From Myxococcota bacterium (lineage in GTDB: Bacteria > Myxococcota_A > SURF-8): DNA of 64,000 bases. Position 1 is the first letter of the stretch. The number at the start of each line of letters is the position of its first letter. The DNA lies in the NCBI GenBank assembly GCA_963674735.2, contig CAXXQS010000002.1:1952001-2016000 (forward strand), read 5' to 3'. Shown here in pieces: positions 20,426 to 30,025 of the stretch. The notes below the pieces were generated by a model, which was not told where the DNA came from, ran no database searches, and worked only from the letters and a program-made list of their open reading frames with translations. Position numbers and translations under genes: made by a program.

Positions 20426-22576
20426 ATGGGACGCACACTAGCCGAATACAAGGCTGAAATTGCCGAGCGACGTGCGGAAATCCTGACTATTTTTCGCACC
20501 CATTACGGCAATCAGGATACCTCGCGCATCGAGAAGGCGATGGATTATGCGGAGCTTTTACACCGTGGGCAACTGCGGCGTTCGGGTGTTCCCTATATTT
20601 TCCATCCTTTGGCGGTTACCCGGCTGGTAGCTGAGGCGCAACTGGATGAGAATTGTCTGATTGCCGCGCTTTTACACGATACGATCGAAGATACCGTGGC
20701 TTCCAAGCAGGTGATTGCCGACAAATTCGGTCCCTACATCAGCGACATCGTCCATGCGCTGACCAAAATCCGCAGCTATTCCAGCGAGCGTGCCGAAGAA
20801 GACAAACGGCAAACCTATCAACGCATTCTCAAGGCGGCCAGCAAAGATGTGCGTCCGCTGCTGATTAAAATTTTCGACCGGCTCAACAACATGCGTGACA
20901 TGACGCACATGCCGGAAGGTCATCGTCAGCGTATTTCCCGTGAAACGCTCGATGTCTATGTTCCGCTTACCCGGCGACTTGGGATGCGCCGTGTCGAACG
21001 GGATCTTACCAGCTTGAGTTTGCGTTTTCTTTTCGCCGAGGCGTACGAGCGGATCGAACAGCGTATCGAGAAGGAAGTCAAGGAACGAGAAGACGAATTG
21101 TACGAGAGTGTCGATACGATCACGCGTTTGTGCCAGGAGCAGGGAATCGACGTGGAGATCGTGACCGCCTGGCCCACGGTCGCCGACTTCTACGATACCG
21201 AACTCGGCATGCAACCCCACGCCGATGTCGTCATTCACTACAACCTCATTATTAACAATATTCTTAATATTTACACTGCGTTGGGTGTTCTGCACTCCGC
21301 CTTTACCCCCGTGCCGAAGCAGGTGCGGGACATGATCGCCAGTCCGATGGCCAACGGTTATCGTGCACTCGAAACGAGGGCGGTTAATGGTGGTCGTATG
21401 TATCGATTATCAGTTATGACGGCGGAAATGTATGATGTCAACGATCATGGAATCATCCACAATTGGCGGGTCAATCAAAATCGGCTTAGTGGATACTATA
21501 CGGGATATATGAATTTATTGGGTGAGATACTAGAGGACGAAAACGTCCGCGTCGACGAGGTTCTACAGCAGTCGGATGTCGAGGGCGTCGCCGTGTTTTC
21601 CCCTCAAAAAGATTTATACATGCTGCCAAAAGGAGCCATTGCGCTCGACTTCGCTTATGCCGTTCATCGCGAAGTCGGTGCACACGCGAAAGCGGCCATC
21701 GTCAATGGCGTAGAACGATCGATCCTTCAACGTTTGCGCTCCGGCGACGTGATTCGGGTTGTCACGGATGAACAGGTGGTTCCCGACGAGAGCTGGTTGG
21801 AACACGTGGCCAGTTCCAAGGCGCGTTCGTCGATTAAAAACTGGCTTCGACGCCAGCTCGATCAGCGTGCGATGGAACTGGGTCGCGATATGTTTTCGGA
21901 AGAACTGGTCAAGTATGGCTTCGACCCGAAAATTGTTGTGGAGGGACATGATTTTTCACGGGTATTGAAAAACAGCGGACTCAAGCTGAATGAGTTGTAC
22001 CGCCGTGTCGGCTATCGGCAGATTCTGGCGGCGGACTTCATTGCCGAACACGATATCGTACCTAAAAAACGGATTGCGAGCCAGACCAACGCCGAACGTG
22101 CGTCGATCAAGGAAAAAATCTTTTCCAGCCTGCGAAGTGTCAAAGGACCGACTCTGAAGTTTTCCAAAAACGATGTTTTCATCAAATACGCTCACTGTTG
22201 TACGCCTATCTTCGGCGATAAAGTCGTCGGCGTGGTCAGTGCCGGCAAAGGAGTGACGGTCCACCGCTATAGTTGTCCCAATCTGAAAAACCTGGATAAA
22301 GGCCGCTTGGTGGAAGTGGAATGGGATAGTGCCGAGGAAAATCTTACTTCCGCATTGCTGAACCTGCATATCAAGGATAAACGCGGGGTCATGGCCAAAA
22401 TCCTGCTTGCAGTCAACAAATATGGGATCAATTTATCTGAATTCAATGCGTATACCGTTGGGCACGAGGCATTTATGAAGTTACGACTCGATGTTTCAAA
22501 CCAGCGTGAGCTTCTGCGCGTTGTCAACGAGATCCGAAAAATTGAGGCCGTGGATGCGATCACCCGTGAGGAGTGA
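20426..22576 (+). CDS. spoT: long RelA/SpoT homologue (HD hydrolase, degenerate synthetase, TGS, ZFD, ACT)
   Basis: GQLRRSGVPYIFHP, LLHDTIEDT, DRLNNMR, TGS (LPKGAIALDFAYAVH), CCTPIFGD...VHRYSC, C-terminal ACT. Confidence 0.9.
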   Translation: MGRTLAEYKAEIAERRAEILTIFRTHYGNQDTSRIEKAMDYAELLHRGQLRRSGVPYIFHPLAVTRLVAEAQLDENCLIAALLHDTIEDTVASKQVIADKFGPYISDIVHALTKIRSYSSERAEEDKRQTYQRILKAASKDVRPLLIKIFDRLNNMRDMTHMPEGHRQRISRETLDVYVPLTRRLGMRRVERDLTSLSLRFLFAEAYERIEQRIEKEVKEREDELYESVDTITRLCQEQGIDVEIVTAWPTVADFYDTELGMQPHADVVIHYNLIINNILNIYTALGVLHSAFTPVPKQVRDMIASPMANGYRALETRAVNGGRMYRLSVMTAEMYDVNDHGIIHNWRVNQNRLSGYYTGYMNLLGEILEDENVRVDEVLQQSDVEGVAVFSPQKDLYMLPKGAIALDFAYAVHREVGAHAKAAIVNGVERSILQRLRSGDVIRVVTDEQVVPDESWLEHVASSKARSSIKNWLRRQLDQRAMELGRDMFSEELVKYGFDPKIVVEGHDFSRVLKNSGLKLNELYRRVGYRQILAADFIAEHDIVPKKRIASQTNAERASIKEKIFSSLRSVKGPTLKFSKNDVFIKYAHCCTPIFGDKVVGVVSAGKGVTVHRYSCPNLKNLDKGRLVEVEWDSAEENLTSALLNLHIKDKRGVMAKILLAVNKYGINLSEFNAYTVGHEAFMKLRLDVSNQRELLRVVNEIRKIEAVDAITREE

Positions 22577-22698
22577 ACGTCTCTAAGCGATAGAGTGCCG
22601 TTATCGGGGAATGCAAGACCTTGTATTGTTGTGCCGGGTCTGGTAGAAATGGCCAAACACTCGGATTCTATGGGCTCGACGTGTCGGGAGGAATCAAT

Positions 22699-23856
22699 AT
22701 GCGGGAAGTGGTTATTGTTTCGGCTGTGCGTTCCGCCATCTGTCGTGCCGATAAAGGCTCTTTGGCGCGGTTGCGACCGGATGAATTGATGGCGGCTGTC
22801 ATCAAAGAGGCGTTAGCGAAAACGGGCCATGTGAACCGGCATGAGATTGGCGACGTTTTAGTCGGCTGCGCGACGCAAGAAGGCGAGCAGGGACTGAATC
22901 TGGCTCGCAATGCCGCAATCATGGCGGAGATTCCGGTCACCGTACCGGCCGCGACCATCAGCCGCTACTGTTCTTCTTCGCTCACCGCTCTTGTAACGGG
23001 TGCTTCCCTGATTCAATCAGGTCATACGGACCTGATGGTGGTGGGTGGGGTGGAATCCATGAGCCGTGTTCCCTTGGGGGGGTACAATCCCAGTCCCCCG
23101 CCACGTCTGATGGAATCCCATCCGGAGGCGTTTACTCCAGCCGGAGTTGCGGCCGAGAATCTGGCCGTAAAATTCAATATTTCGCGTGAAGAACAAGATG
23201 CTTACGCCACAGAGTCGCATCGTCGGGCAATTGAAGCCTGGACAAATGGTCATTTTGCCAACGAAGTCATCTCGGTAAAATGCCTGGATGAAAAACGGCA
23301 AGAAACGGCCGTGACGCGTGACGACATTCCATGTGAAATTGATCCGGAAGCCTTGGCGAAGCTTTCTCCCGTCTTCCTGGCCGGAGGGTCCGTGACGGCC
23401 GGTAACAGCGCTCCGCGTAGTGATGGAGCGGCGGCGCTTGTTTTGATGTCGGCTTCCAAGGCTGCGGATCTGGGGCTGAAACCCCTTGCAACCTTGCGCA
23501 CTTGGGCCCGAGTGGGGTGCCCGGCCGAGATTATGTCTTATGGGGCCGTTACGGCAGCCAATCAGGTGCTGGAAAACGCGAAACTGGATGCTGCCCAGTT
23601 GGAGCATATTGAGTTGTCCGAACAATTCGCCGTGTCGGCCATTGCCGGGCTGCGCGAATTGAAACTGCCCTACGCCGAGCGGGTGAATCCTTATGGCGGG
23701 GCGATTGCTCTCGGTCACCCGATCGGTGCCGCCGGTGCCCGCATGGCCTGCACGTTGGTGAATGGTTTATTCCATCGTGGCGGTGGGTACGGACTGCTGA
23801 CCATCGGGGTCCTGGGCGGTCAGGGTGAAGCGCTGATTGTCGAATCAAGACCCTGA
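22699..23856 (+). CDS. fadA: acetyl-CoA C-acyltransferase (thiolase) family, divergent active site
   Basis: MREVVIVSAVRS start after a GGAGG RBS; YCSSSL, GGVESMS, TAGNS, VNPYGGAIALGHPIGA. Confidence 0.88.
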   Translation: MREVVIVSAVRSAICRADKGSLARLRPDELMAAVIKEALAKTGHVNRHEIGDVLVGCATQEGEQGLNLARNAAIMAEIPVTVPAATISRYCSSSLTALVTGASLIQSGHTDLMVVGGVESMSRVPLGGYNPSPPPRLMESHPEAFTPAGVAAENLAVKFNISREEQDAYATESHRRAIEAWTNGHFANEVISVKCLDEKRQETAVTRDDIPCEIDPEALAKLSPVFLAGGSVTAGNSAPRSDGAAALVLMSASKAADLGLKPLATLRTWARVGCPAEIMSYGAVTAANQVLENAKLDAAQLEHIELSEQFAVSAIAGLRELKLPYAERVNPYGGAIALGHPIGAAGARMACTLVNGLFHRGGGYGLLTIGVLGGQGEALIVESRP

Positions 23857-23875
23857 AGGGTTTTCGGAGGCGAAC

Positions 23876-26278
23876 ATGGGTGAGGAATTCCAGCGGTGCG
23901 TGGTGATCGGAGCGGGCTGGATGGGCGCGAGTATCGCGGCCCTGGTAGCCAGTGCCGGAGTTCCGACGGATTTGCTCGACCGATTGCCGCCGGTGGAACC
24001 CGGCGATGACGAAGTGCAAAACGGCTTCAGCCGGTTTTCCGATGCCTGGCGCAACAGCCTCGCTATCGGAGCCTCGGAGAGAGCTCGTTCACGCGGAGCT
24101 TTTCTTGCTCCCGAAGCGGTGACGCGGGTGCGTACCGGGAACATCGCCGACCACCTGGAGTGGATACGGCAGGCCGATTGGGTGATCGAAGCCGTCCCCG
24201 AGGTGCTGGATGTCAAACGGGCCACCTACGAACGGATACTCCCGCACCTCCGGCCGGAAACGGTTGTCAGTTCAAATACTTCCGGTATTTTGGCTTCGCG
24301 TTTAGCCGAGGGACTTCCCGATGATTTCGCCAAGCGTTTCATGGTGGGACACTTCTTCAATCCGGTGCGCTATATGCGCCTACTTGAAATTGTTGCAAAT
24401 CCGCGCACCGAACGCCAGGCGGTGGAACGACTCAAAGATTTTGCCAGTAAACGGCTTGGAAAAGGGGTGATCGAATCCCGCGACAAGCCGAATTTCGTAG
24501 CCAATCGCATCGGACTTTTTTCGTTGTTGACGGCCATGCACCACGCCCATGAGATGGGGATCGGTGTGCGTGAAGCCGACCGCCTGACCGGTCATGCCTT
24601 GGGACGCGCCAGCTCGGCGACCTTTCGCACGGCCGATCTGATTGGCCTGGATGCGCTGTTGCTGGTTCTAGACAACTTACACGGTATGTTGGCGGGCGAT
24701 CCCTGGCGCGAGCGTTTTAACGCCCCGGCTTTTTTCCGTATTTTGGTTGAACGGGGAAACTGGGGCCAAAAAAGCGGTTCGGGTTTTTATCACTATTTCG
24801 AAGAGAGTCAACGCCCCGGAGATGAGACCTTCAACCTCGATAGTCTGACCTACAAACGCAACGAGACGCGCCGTTTCGCCACGCTGGATCGAGCGTTCGA
24901 ACAACCCAATCCAGGCGAGCGTATCCGAGCCTTGATTTCCGGTGACGACGAGGGCGCCCGATTTGCTTGGGCCGTGTTGCGCGATACTTTGGTGTATGCG
25001 GCGGCGTGTTTGGGGGAGATTACCGATCATCCCATCGCCATCGACCGCGCCATGCGTTGGGGCTACAATTGGGATCTCGGTCCCTTCGAGATCTGGAACT
25101 ATTTGGGATTGCAGGACGTTGCCGAACGTATCGAACGCGATGGGGTGGCCTTGCCTGAAACGGCCAAGCGTCTTCTGGATAGCGAGCAGTCCGGCTGGTA
25201 TTTCGAAGAGCGCGGCCGTCGTTTCGAATGGGATCCGAAAAGCGCCGAGCTCAAACTCATTCCACGCCCTTGTTCCGTGAGTTTGAATACCATGCGGCGC
25301 GAGCATGATGTCCTGCTGACGCAGGGCAATGCGGTTTTAGCCGATTTGGGTGACGGCGTCGCCTGTCTGAGTTTGGCTTCGCGTTATGATGAAGCGCCGA
25401 TCATCGATACACAATTGGTGGGGTTGATTCGTCGAATCCAGGATGAGTGCAACACCCGCAAATTCAAAGGGCTGGTCATTCTATGCGAGGCGGCCGATTT
25501 TCTGCTCGATCTGGATTTCGAAACCCTGCTGGTCCGCATGGCCGATCATGATTGGGATGCGATCGAACAGGAAGTGATCGATCGCCAGCAAGCAAGCCTG
25601 ATGTTGAAACGCATCGGGTTTCCCGTTGTGGGCGCCATCAGCGGCCGCGCCATCGGGGCCGGATGTGAAATCGCCTGCCATATCGGACGTCTGCAAGTTC
25701 ACGCGGAGGCCCAATTCGCCATCGGTAATCTGGCGATGGGACTCATTCCGTCTGGCGGCGGCACCAAGGAACTGTTGTATCGGCTGATGGACCGGGTACG
25801 TATGGACGGTCCCCACCCGCTTGCACGCGCTGCCTTCCAAACCGTTTTTCCCGGCAAGGTGATCAAAGGCGCTTTCGAAGCCCGCAGTAGCGGATTTCTG
25901 CGTCGCGGCGACCGTCTGACGATGGGAATCGACCGCTTGTTGCCGGATGCAAAAGCCATGGTGCTCGACTTGATCGAGAACGGGAACAGTCTGCCCTTGT
26001 CCGCTCCCTTCCACCTGCCCGGTCCCGGTGGAGTGGCGGCTTTACGACTGGAGTTGCAGCATATGCAGCGACAGGGGTTGTTGAGTCCGCACGATGTGAC
26101 GGTCGGGGAGAAGCTGGCGGAAGTGTTATGTGGGGGGGAAACCTCGCCGTTTGAAGAGGTCAGCGAGGCGCAGCTGCTCGACCTGGAGCGCAAGGCCTTT
26201 GTCGATCTGTGCAAAATGGAAAAGACCCAGCAGCGGATCGAGCATTGGGTGAAAACTCGCCGCGTTCTACGCAACTAA
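23876..26278 (+). CDS. fadN: 3-hydroxyacyl-CoA dehydrogenase / enoyl-CoA hydratase fusion (FadN-like)
   Basis: GAGWMG, EAVPE, SSNTS, HFFNPVRYM, FVANRIG, GYNWDLGPFE, C-terminal crotonase-like domain; ATG 23876 after GGAGG. Confidence 0.9.
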   Translation: MGEEFQRCVVIGAGWMGASIAALVASAGVPTDLLDRLPPVEPGDDEVQNGFSRFSDAWRNSLAIGASERARSRGAFLAPEAVTRVRTGNIADHLEWIRQADWVIEAVPEVLDVKRATYERILPHLRPETVVSSNTSGILASRLAEGLPDDFAKRFMVGHFFNPVRYMRLLEIVANPRTERQAVERLKDFASKRLGKGVIESRDKPNFVANRIGLFSLLTAMHHAHEMGIGVREADRLTGHALGRASSATFRTADLIGLDALLLVLDNLHGMLAGDPWRERFNAPAFFRILVERGNWGQKSGSGFYHYFEESQRPGDETFNLDSLTYKRNETRRFATLDRAFEQPNPGERIRALISGDDEGARFAWAVLRDTLVYAAACLGEITDHPIAIDRAMRWGYNWDLGPFEIWNYLGLQDVAERIERDGVALPETAKRLLDSEQSGWYFEERGRRFEWDPKSAELKLIPRPCSVSLNTMRREHDVLLTQGNAVLADLGDGVACLSLASRYDEAPIIDTQLVGLIRRIQDECNTRKFKGLVILCEAADFLLDLDFETLLVRMADHDWDAIEQEVIDRQQASLMLKRIGFPVVGAISGRAIGAGCEIACHIGRLQVHAEAQFAIGNLAMGLIPSGGGTKELLYRLMDRVRMDGPHPLARAAFQTVFPGKVIKGAFEARSSGFLRRGDRLTMGIDRLLPDAKAMVLDLIENGNSLPLSAPFHLPGPGGVAALRLELQHMQRQGLLSPHDVTVGEKLAEVLCGGETSPFEEVSEAQLLDLERKAFVDLCKMEKTQQRIEHWVKTRRVLRN

Positions 26279-26322
26279 GGGTTGTGGCGTTGCCGGGCAT
26301 GTACCGGGAAGTGCAGTCCTGT

Positions 26323-26910
26323 TCATGTCTCTCGAACCTTGGTTTTCTTGAACTTCATGCCCGTACATTTGGCTTTTCGGATCGCTTTGACAATGGGCTC
26401 GGCCAAAAACGTCGTACCGCAGCCGCGCGGTCGAATCACTCGACGATCACCCAGTTTCGACCGTTGCAACACTGGAGCGACAACGGATGATTTGCTGATC
26501 TTTCCATCCATGCCATAGCCGTAATCCGTCCATTCCTCGTCCAGCACGTCCGGTCGGTCGGGGATGTGCAGGGCGTAGTAGGTGTGAAGGATGCCGTCTT
26601 GGTCTACAACGATGTTTTCCAGCCATTCGTAGGCATCGCTCGGCGAGGCATTCTGATCGATGATGGATCTAAGAAGTGGCGAACATAATTCCCAGCCTAA
26701 ATCATTGACAAGATAGTCGGTAAGGATTCCATCACGTAGCTCGAAGATTACCGGTTTCCATTTGTCGTAATGCTTCCCTTCCTGTCTCAGTGTCGGATAA
26801 AGGCCCTGAGGTGTATATCCAACACCGAAGGACATGTCGGAACTGCGAAAAAGATTGTAGAATATTTTCTGAGCCATGTTATCTCCTAAGCTTTGCAACG
26901 ATTTATTCAT
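26323..26910 (-). CDS. Imm11/DUF1629-like immunity protein, array copy 7
   Basis: DYLVNDLGWELCS..., YYALH...DVLDEE, C-terminal AIRKAKCTGMKF; paralogue of six neighbours; alternative RBS-supported start at 26877. Confidence 0.78.
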   Translation of the reverse strand: MNKSLQSLGDNMAQKIFYNLFRSSDMSFGVGYTPQGLYPTLRQEGKHYDKWKPVIFELRDGILTDYLVNDLGWELCSPLLRSIIDQNASPSDAYEWLENIVVDQDGILHTYYALHIPDRPDVLDEEWTDYGYGMDGKISKSSVVAPVLQRSKLGDRRVIRPRGCGTTFLAEPIVKAIRKAKCTGMKFKKTKVRET

Positions 26911-26954
26911 ACCACTCGGATCGTATCATGCCCGGTTCAGCTGTAATATGGGAG

Positions 26955-27521
26955 TTACACTACACGCTCTATTTTGAATTTCATGCCCGTGCATTTGGCT
27001 TTCTTGATGGCTTTCACAATTGGTTCTGCAAGAAAAATTCCCGGAGAATGCCGAGCACGAACAACTCGGTAACCATCGATTTTATTTCGACTGAATATAG
27101 GCCAGATAACTCTTCGCTTATCAAATGTGCCATCTTGATTATGGCCATAACTGCCAGCAGCTCCCATTGCATCCTCATCCAACACGTCCGGTCGGTCGGG
27201 GATGTGTAGGGCGTAGTAGGTGTGACGGACGCCGTGTGGATCAATAACGATGTTTTCCAGCCATTCGTAGTTGTCTTTGGGCGAGGCGTGCTGATCGATG
27301 ATGGATTTCAGTCGCTCCGAACACAAGACCCAGCCTAAGTCGTTGACAAGGTAATCGGTAAGGATTCCATCACGTAGCTCGAAGGTTACTGGAACCCAAT
27401 TATCGAAAGACGTTTCTTCCCAACGTAGAGTCGGATAGAGACCATTTGGTGTATAACCGACTCCGAAGGCAAAATTGCCGGAGCGAAACAATGAGTAATA
27501 TTTCATCGGCGATTTATTCAT
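26955..27521 (-). CDS. Imm11/DUF1629-like immunity protein, array copy 6 (divergent C-half)
   Basis: same family motifs; start ATG 27521 after GGGAGA (ORF track extends it to 27545). Confidence 0.78.
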   Translation of the reverse strand: MNKSPMKYYSLFRSGNFAFGVGYTPNGLYPTLRWEETSFDNWVPVTFELRDGILTDYLVNDLGWVLCSERLKSIIDQHASPKDNYEWLENIVIDPHGVRHTYYALHIPDRPDVLDEDAMGAAGSYGHNQDGTFDKRRVIWPIFSRNKIDGYRVVRARHSPGIFLAEPIVKAIKKAKCTGMKFKIERVV

Positions 27522-27576
27522 AGCAAGATCTCCCGTCAATACCATTCACTGCGAACCATACCCGGTTCAGTGCTGT

Positions 27577-28164
27577 TCATGTCTCTCGAACCTTGGTTTT
27601 TTTGAACTTCATGCCCGTACACTTGGCCTTTCGGATAGCTTTGACCACTGACTCGTTTAAAAACACGATGCTGGAATCACGTGGCCGAAAAATCCCATGA
27701 TCGTTGAGCTTCGACCGTTGGAGAATCGGAGCGATAATGCAGGACTTGTCGATGGTTCCATCCGCATTGCGACCGTAATCCGTCCATTCCTCGTCTAGCA
27801 CATCCGGTGGATCGGGGATGTACAAGGCGTAGTAAGAGTGGTGAATACCGTCTTGGTCCACGACGATATTTTCCAGCCATTCGTAGGCATCGTTCGGCGA
27901 GGCATGTTGATCGATAATGGATCTAAGAAGCTGGGAGCACAATTCCCAGCCTAAGTCATTTGCAAGATAGTCGGTAAGAATTCCGCCGCGTAGCTCGAAG
28001 GTTACCGGTTTCCATTTATCGTAATGCTTCCCTTCTTGTTCCAGTGTCGGATAAAGGCCTTGAGGTGTATAACCAACGCCGAAGGACATGTCGGAACTGC
28101 GAAACAGTTTATAGAAAAGTTGTTGAGCCATGTCATCTCCTAAGCTTTGCAACGATTTATTCAT
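27577..28164 (-). CDS. Imm11/DUF1629-like immunity protein, array copy 5
   Basis: same family motifs; alternative start at 28131 after AGGAG. Confidence 0.78.
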   Translation of the reverse strand: MNKSLQSLGDDMAQQLFYKLFRSSDMSFGVGYTPQGLYPTLEQEGKHYDKWKPVTFELRGGILTDYLANDLGWELCSQLLRSIIDQHASPNDAYEWLENIVVDQDGIHHSYYALYIPDPPDVLDEEWTDYGRNADGTIDKSCIIAPILQRSKLNDHGIFRPRDSSIVFLNESVVKAIRKAKCTGMKFKKTKVRET

Positions 28165-28200
28165 ACCACTCGGATCGTACCATACCCGGTTCGATGCTGT

Positions 28201-28755
28201 TCATGTCTCCCGCACCGTGGTTTTCTTGAACTTCATGCCCGTACATTTGGCTTTTCGGATAGCTTTCACGATGGGTTCAGCAAAAGAGGTCGTATTGCAG
28301 CCCCGCGGTCGAATCAGCCGACGATCACCCAGTTTCGATCGTTGAAGCATCGGAGCGACAATGCAGGATTTGTCGATGGTTCCATCCGCATTGCGACCGT
28401 AATCCGTCCATTCCTCGTCCAGCACATCCGGTGGATCGGGGATGTGCAGGGCGTAGTAGGTGTGACGGATGCCATTTTGGTCCACGATAATGTTTTCCAG
28501 CCATTCGTAGTCGTCCTGGGGTGAAGTATGCTGATCGATAATGGATTTCAAAAGATTCGAACAAAGCTCCCAACCTAAGTCGTTGACAAGGTAGTCGGAA
28601 AGAATGCCATCTCGTAACTCGAAAGTTACCGGAATCCATTTATCGTAATGCTTTCCTTCCCAAACTAGTGTGGCGTCGATGTCCCTAGGTGTATAGCCGA
28701 CGCCGAAGGACATGTCGGAACTGCGAAAAACATCGTAGAATAGTAATTGTTTCAT
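28201..28755 (-). CDS. Imm11/DUF1629-like immunity protein, array copy 4
   Basis: 184 aa, protein identical to copy 3. Confidence 0.78.
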   Translation of the reverse strand: MKQLLFYDVFRSSDMSFGVGYTPRDIDATLVWEGKHYDKWIPVTFELRDGILSDYLVNDLGWELCSNLLKSIIDQHTSPQDDYEWLENIIVDQNGIRHTYYALHIPDPPDVLDEEWTDYGRNADGTIDKSCIVAPMLQRSKLGDRRLIRPRGCNTTSFAEPIVKAIRKAKCTGMKFKKTTVRET

Positions 28756-28805
28756 CCTTCCCCCTTAATACCACTCGGATCGTACCATACCCGGTTCGAT
28801 GCTGT

Positions 28806-29360
28806 TCATGTCTCCCGCACCGTGGTTTTCTTGAACTTCATGCCCGTACATTTGGCTTTTCGGATAGCTTTCACGATGGGTTCAGCAAAAGAGGTCGTAT
28901 TGCAGCCCCGCGGTCGAATCAGCCGACGATCACCCAGTTTCGATCGTTGAAGCATCGGAGCGACAATGCAGGATTTGTCGATGGTTCCATCCGCATTGCG
29001 ACCGTAATCCGTCCATTCCTCGTCCAGCACATCCGGTGGATCGGGGATGTGCAGGGCGTAGTAGGTGTGACGGATGCCATTTTGGTCCACGATAATGTTT
29101 TCCAGCCATTCGTAGTCGTCCTGGGGTGAAGTATGCTGATCGATAATGGATTTCAAAAGATTCGAACAAAGCTCCCAACCTAAGTCGTTGACAAGGTAGT
29201 CGGAAAGAATGCCATCTCGTAACTCGAAAGTTACCGGAATCCATTTATCGTAATGCTTTCCTTCCCAAACTAGTGTGGCGTCGATGTCCCTAGGTGTATA
29301 GCCGACGCCGAAGGACATGTCGGAACTGCGAAAAACATCGTAGAATAGTAATTGTTTCAT
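28806..29360 (-). CDS. Imm11/DUF1629-like immunity protein, array copy 3
   Basis: 184 aa, protein identical to copy 4. Confidence 0.78.
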   Translation of the reverse strand: MKQLLFYDVFRSSDMSFGVGYTPRDIDATLVWEGKHYDKWIPVTFELRDGILSDYLVNDLGWELCSNLLKSIIDQHTSPQDDYEWLENIIVDQNGIRHTYYALHIPDPPDVLDEEWTDYGRNADGTIDKSCIVAPMLQRSKLGDRRLIRPRGCNTTSFAEPIVKAIRKAKCTGMKFKKTTVRET

Positions 29361-29410
29361 CCTTCCCCCTTAATACCATTCGGAGCGAACCATGCCCGGT
29401 TCGATGTTGT

Positions 29411-29971
29411 TCATGTCTCCCGCACCGTGGTTTTCTTGAACTTCATGCCCGTACACTTGGCCTTTCGAATGGCTTTGACAATGGGGTCGGCCAAAAACGT
29501 CGTGCCGCAGCCGCGCGGTCGGATCACCCGACGATCACCCAGTTTCGATCGTTGAAGCATCGGAGCGACAATGCAGGATTTGTCGATGGTTCCATCTGCA
29601 TTGCGACCGTAATCCGTCCATTCCTCGTCCAGCACGTCCGGCCGGTCGGGGATGTGCAGGGCGTAGTATGTGTGACGGACACCGTGTGGATCAATAACGA
29701 TGTTTTCCAGCCATTCGTAGGCGTCGCTCGGTGAGGCGTTCTGATCGATGGTATTTTTTAGTCGTTCCGAGCATAGGTCCCATCCATACACGATGGCCTG
29801 ATAATCCGTGATTACTCCCACTCGTAAAATGAATTCCACGGGTTCCCACATGTTGTTCTGTTGTCTATCCAACAACATCCATTGCGGTGTTTTATTGATT
29901 ACCTCTGCCACTGGATGATTCAAGTCATCATCCATGAATAGCTTGTAGAAGCTAATAAAAGTATTTTTCAT
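29411..29971 (-). CDS. Imm11/DUF1629-like immunity protein, array copy 2 (divergent N-terminus)
   Basis: unique N-terminal ~65 aa joined to a C-half shared with the other copies; GGAGG RBS. Confidence 0.78.
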   Translation of the reverse strand: MKNTFISFYKLFMDDDLNHPVAEVINKTPQWMLLDRQQNNMWEPVEFILRVGVITDYQAIVYGWDLCSERLKNTIDQNASPSDAYEWLENIVIDPHGVRHTYYALHIPDRPDVLDEEWTDYGRNADGTIDKSCIVAPMLQRSKLGDRRVIRPRGCGTTFLADPIVKAIRKAKCTGMKFKKTTVRET

Positions 29972-30025
29972 ATTACCCCTCCTATGGATACCACTCGGAT
30001 CGTACCATGCCCGGTTCGACGCCGT

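Larger units (their letters stand above)
28163..29378. repeat. apparently exact 605-bp tandem duplication of one cassette
   Basis: 28163-28773 reads identical by eye to 28768-29378; the encoded proteins are identical. Confidence 0.88.

Noticed and set aside
26291-26309. CCGGGCATGTACCGGG after the last immunity gene read as an inverted copy of the toxin-tip repeat
   Set aside because: Only about 9-12 nt match in GC-rich DNA, which is not distinguishable from chance by eye.
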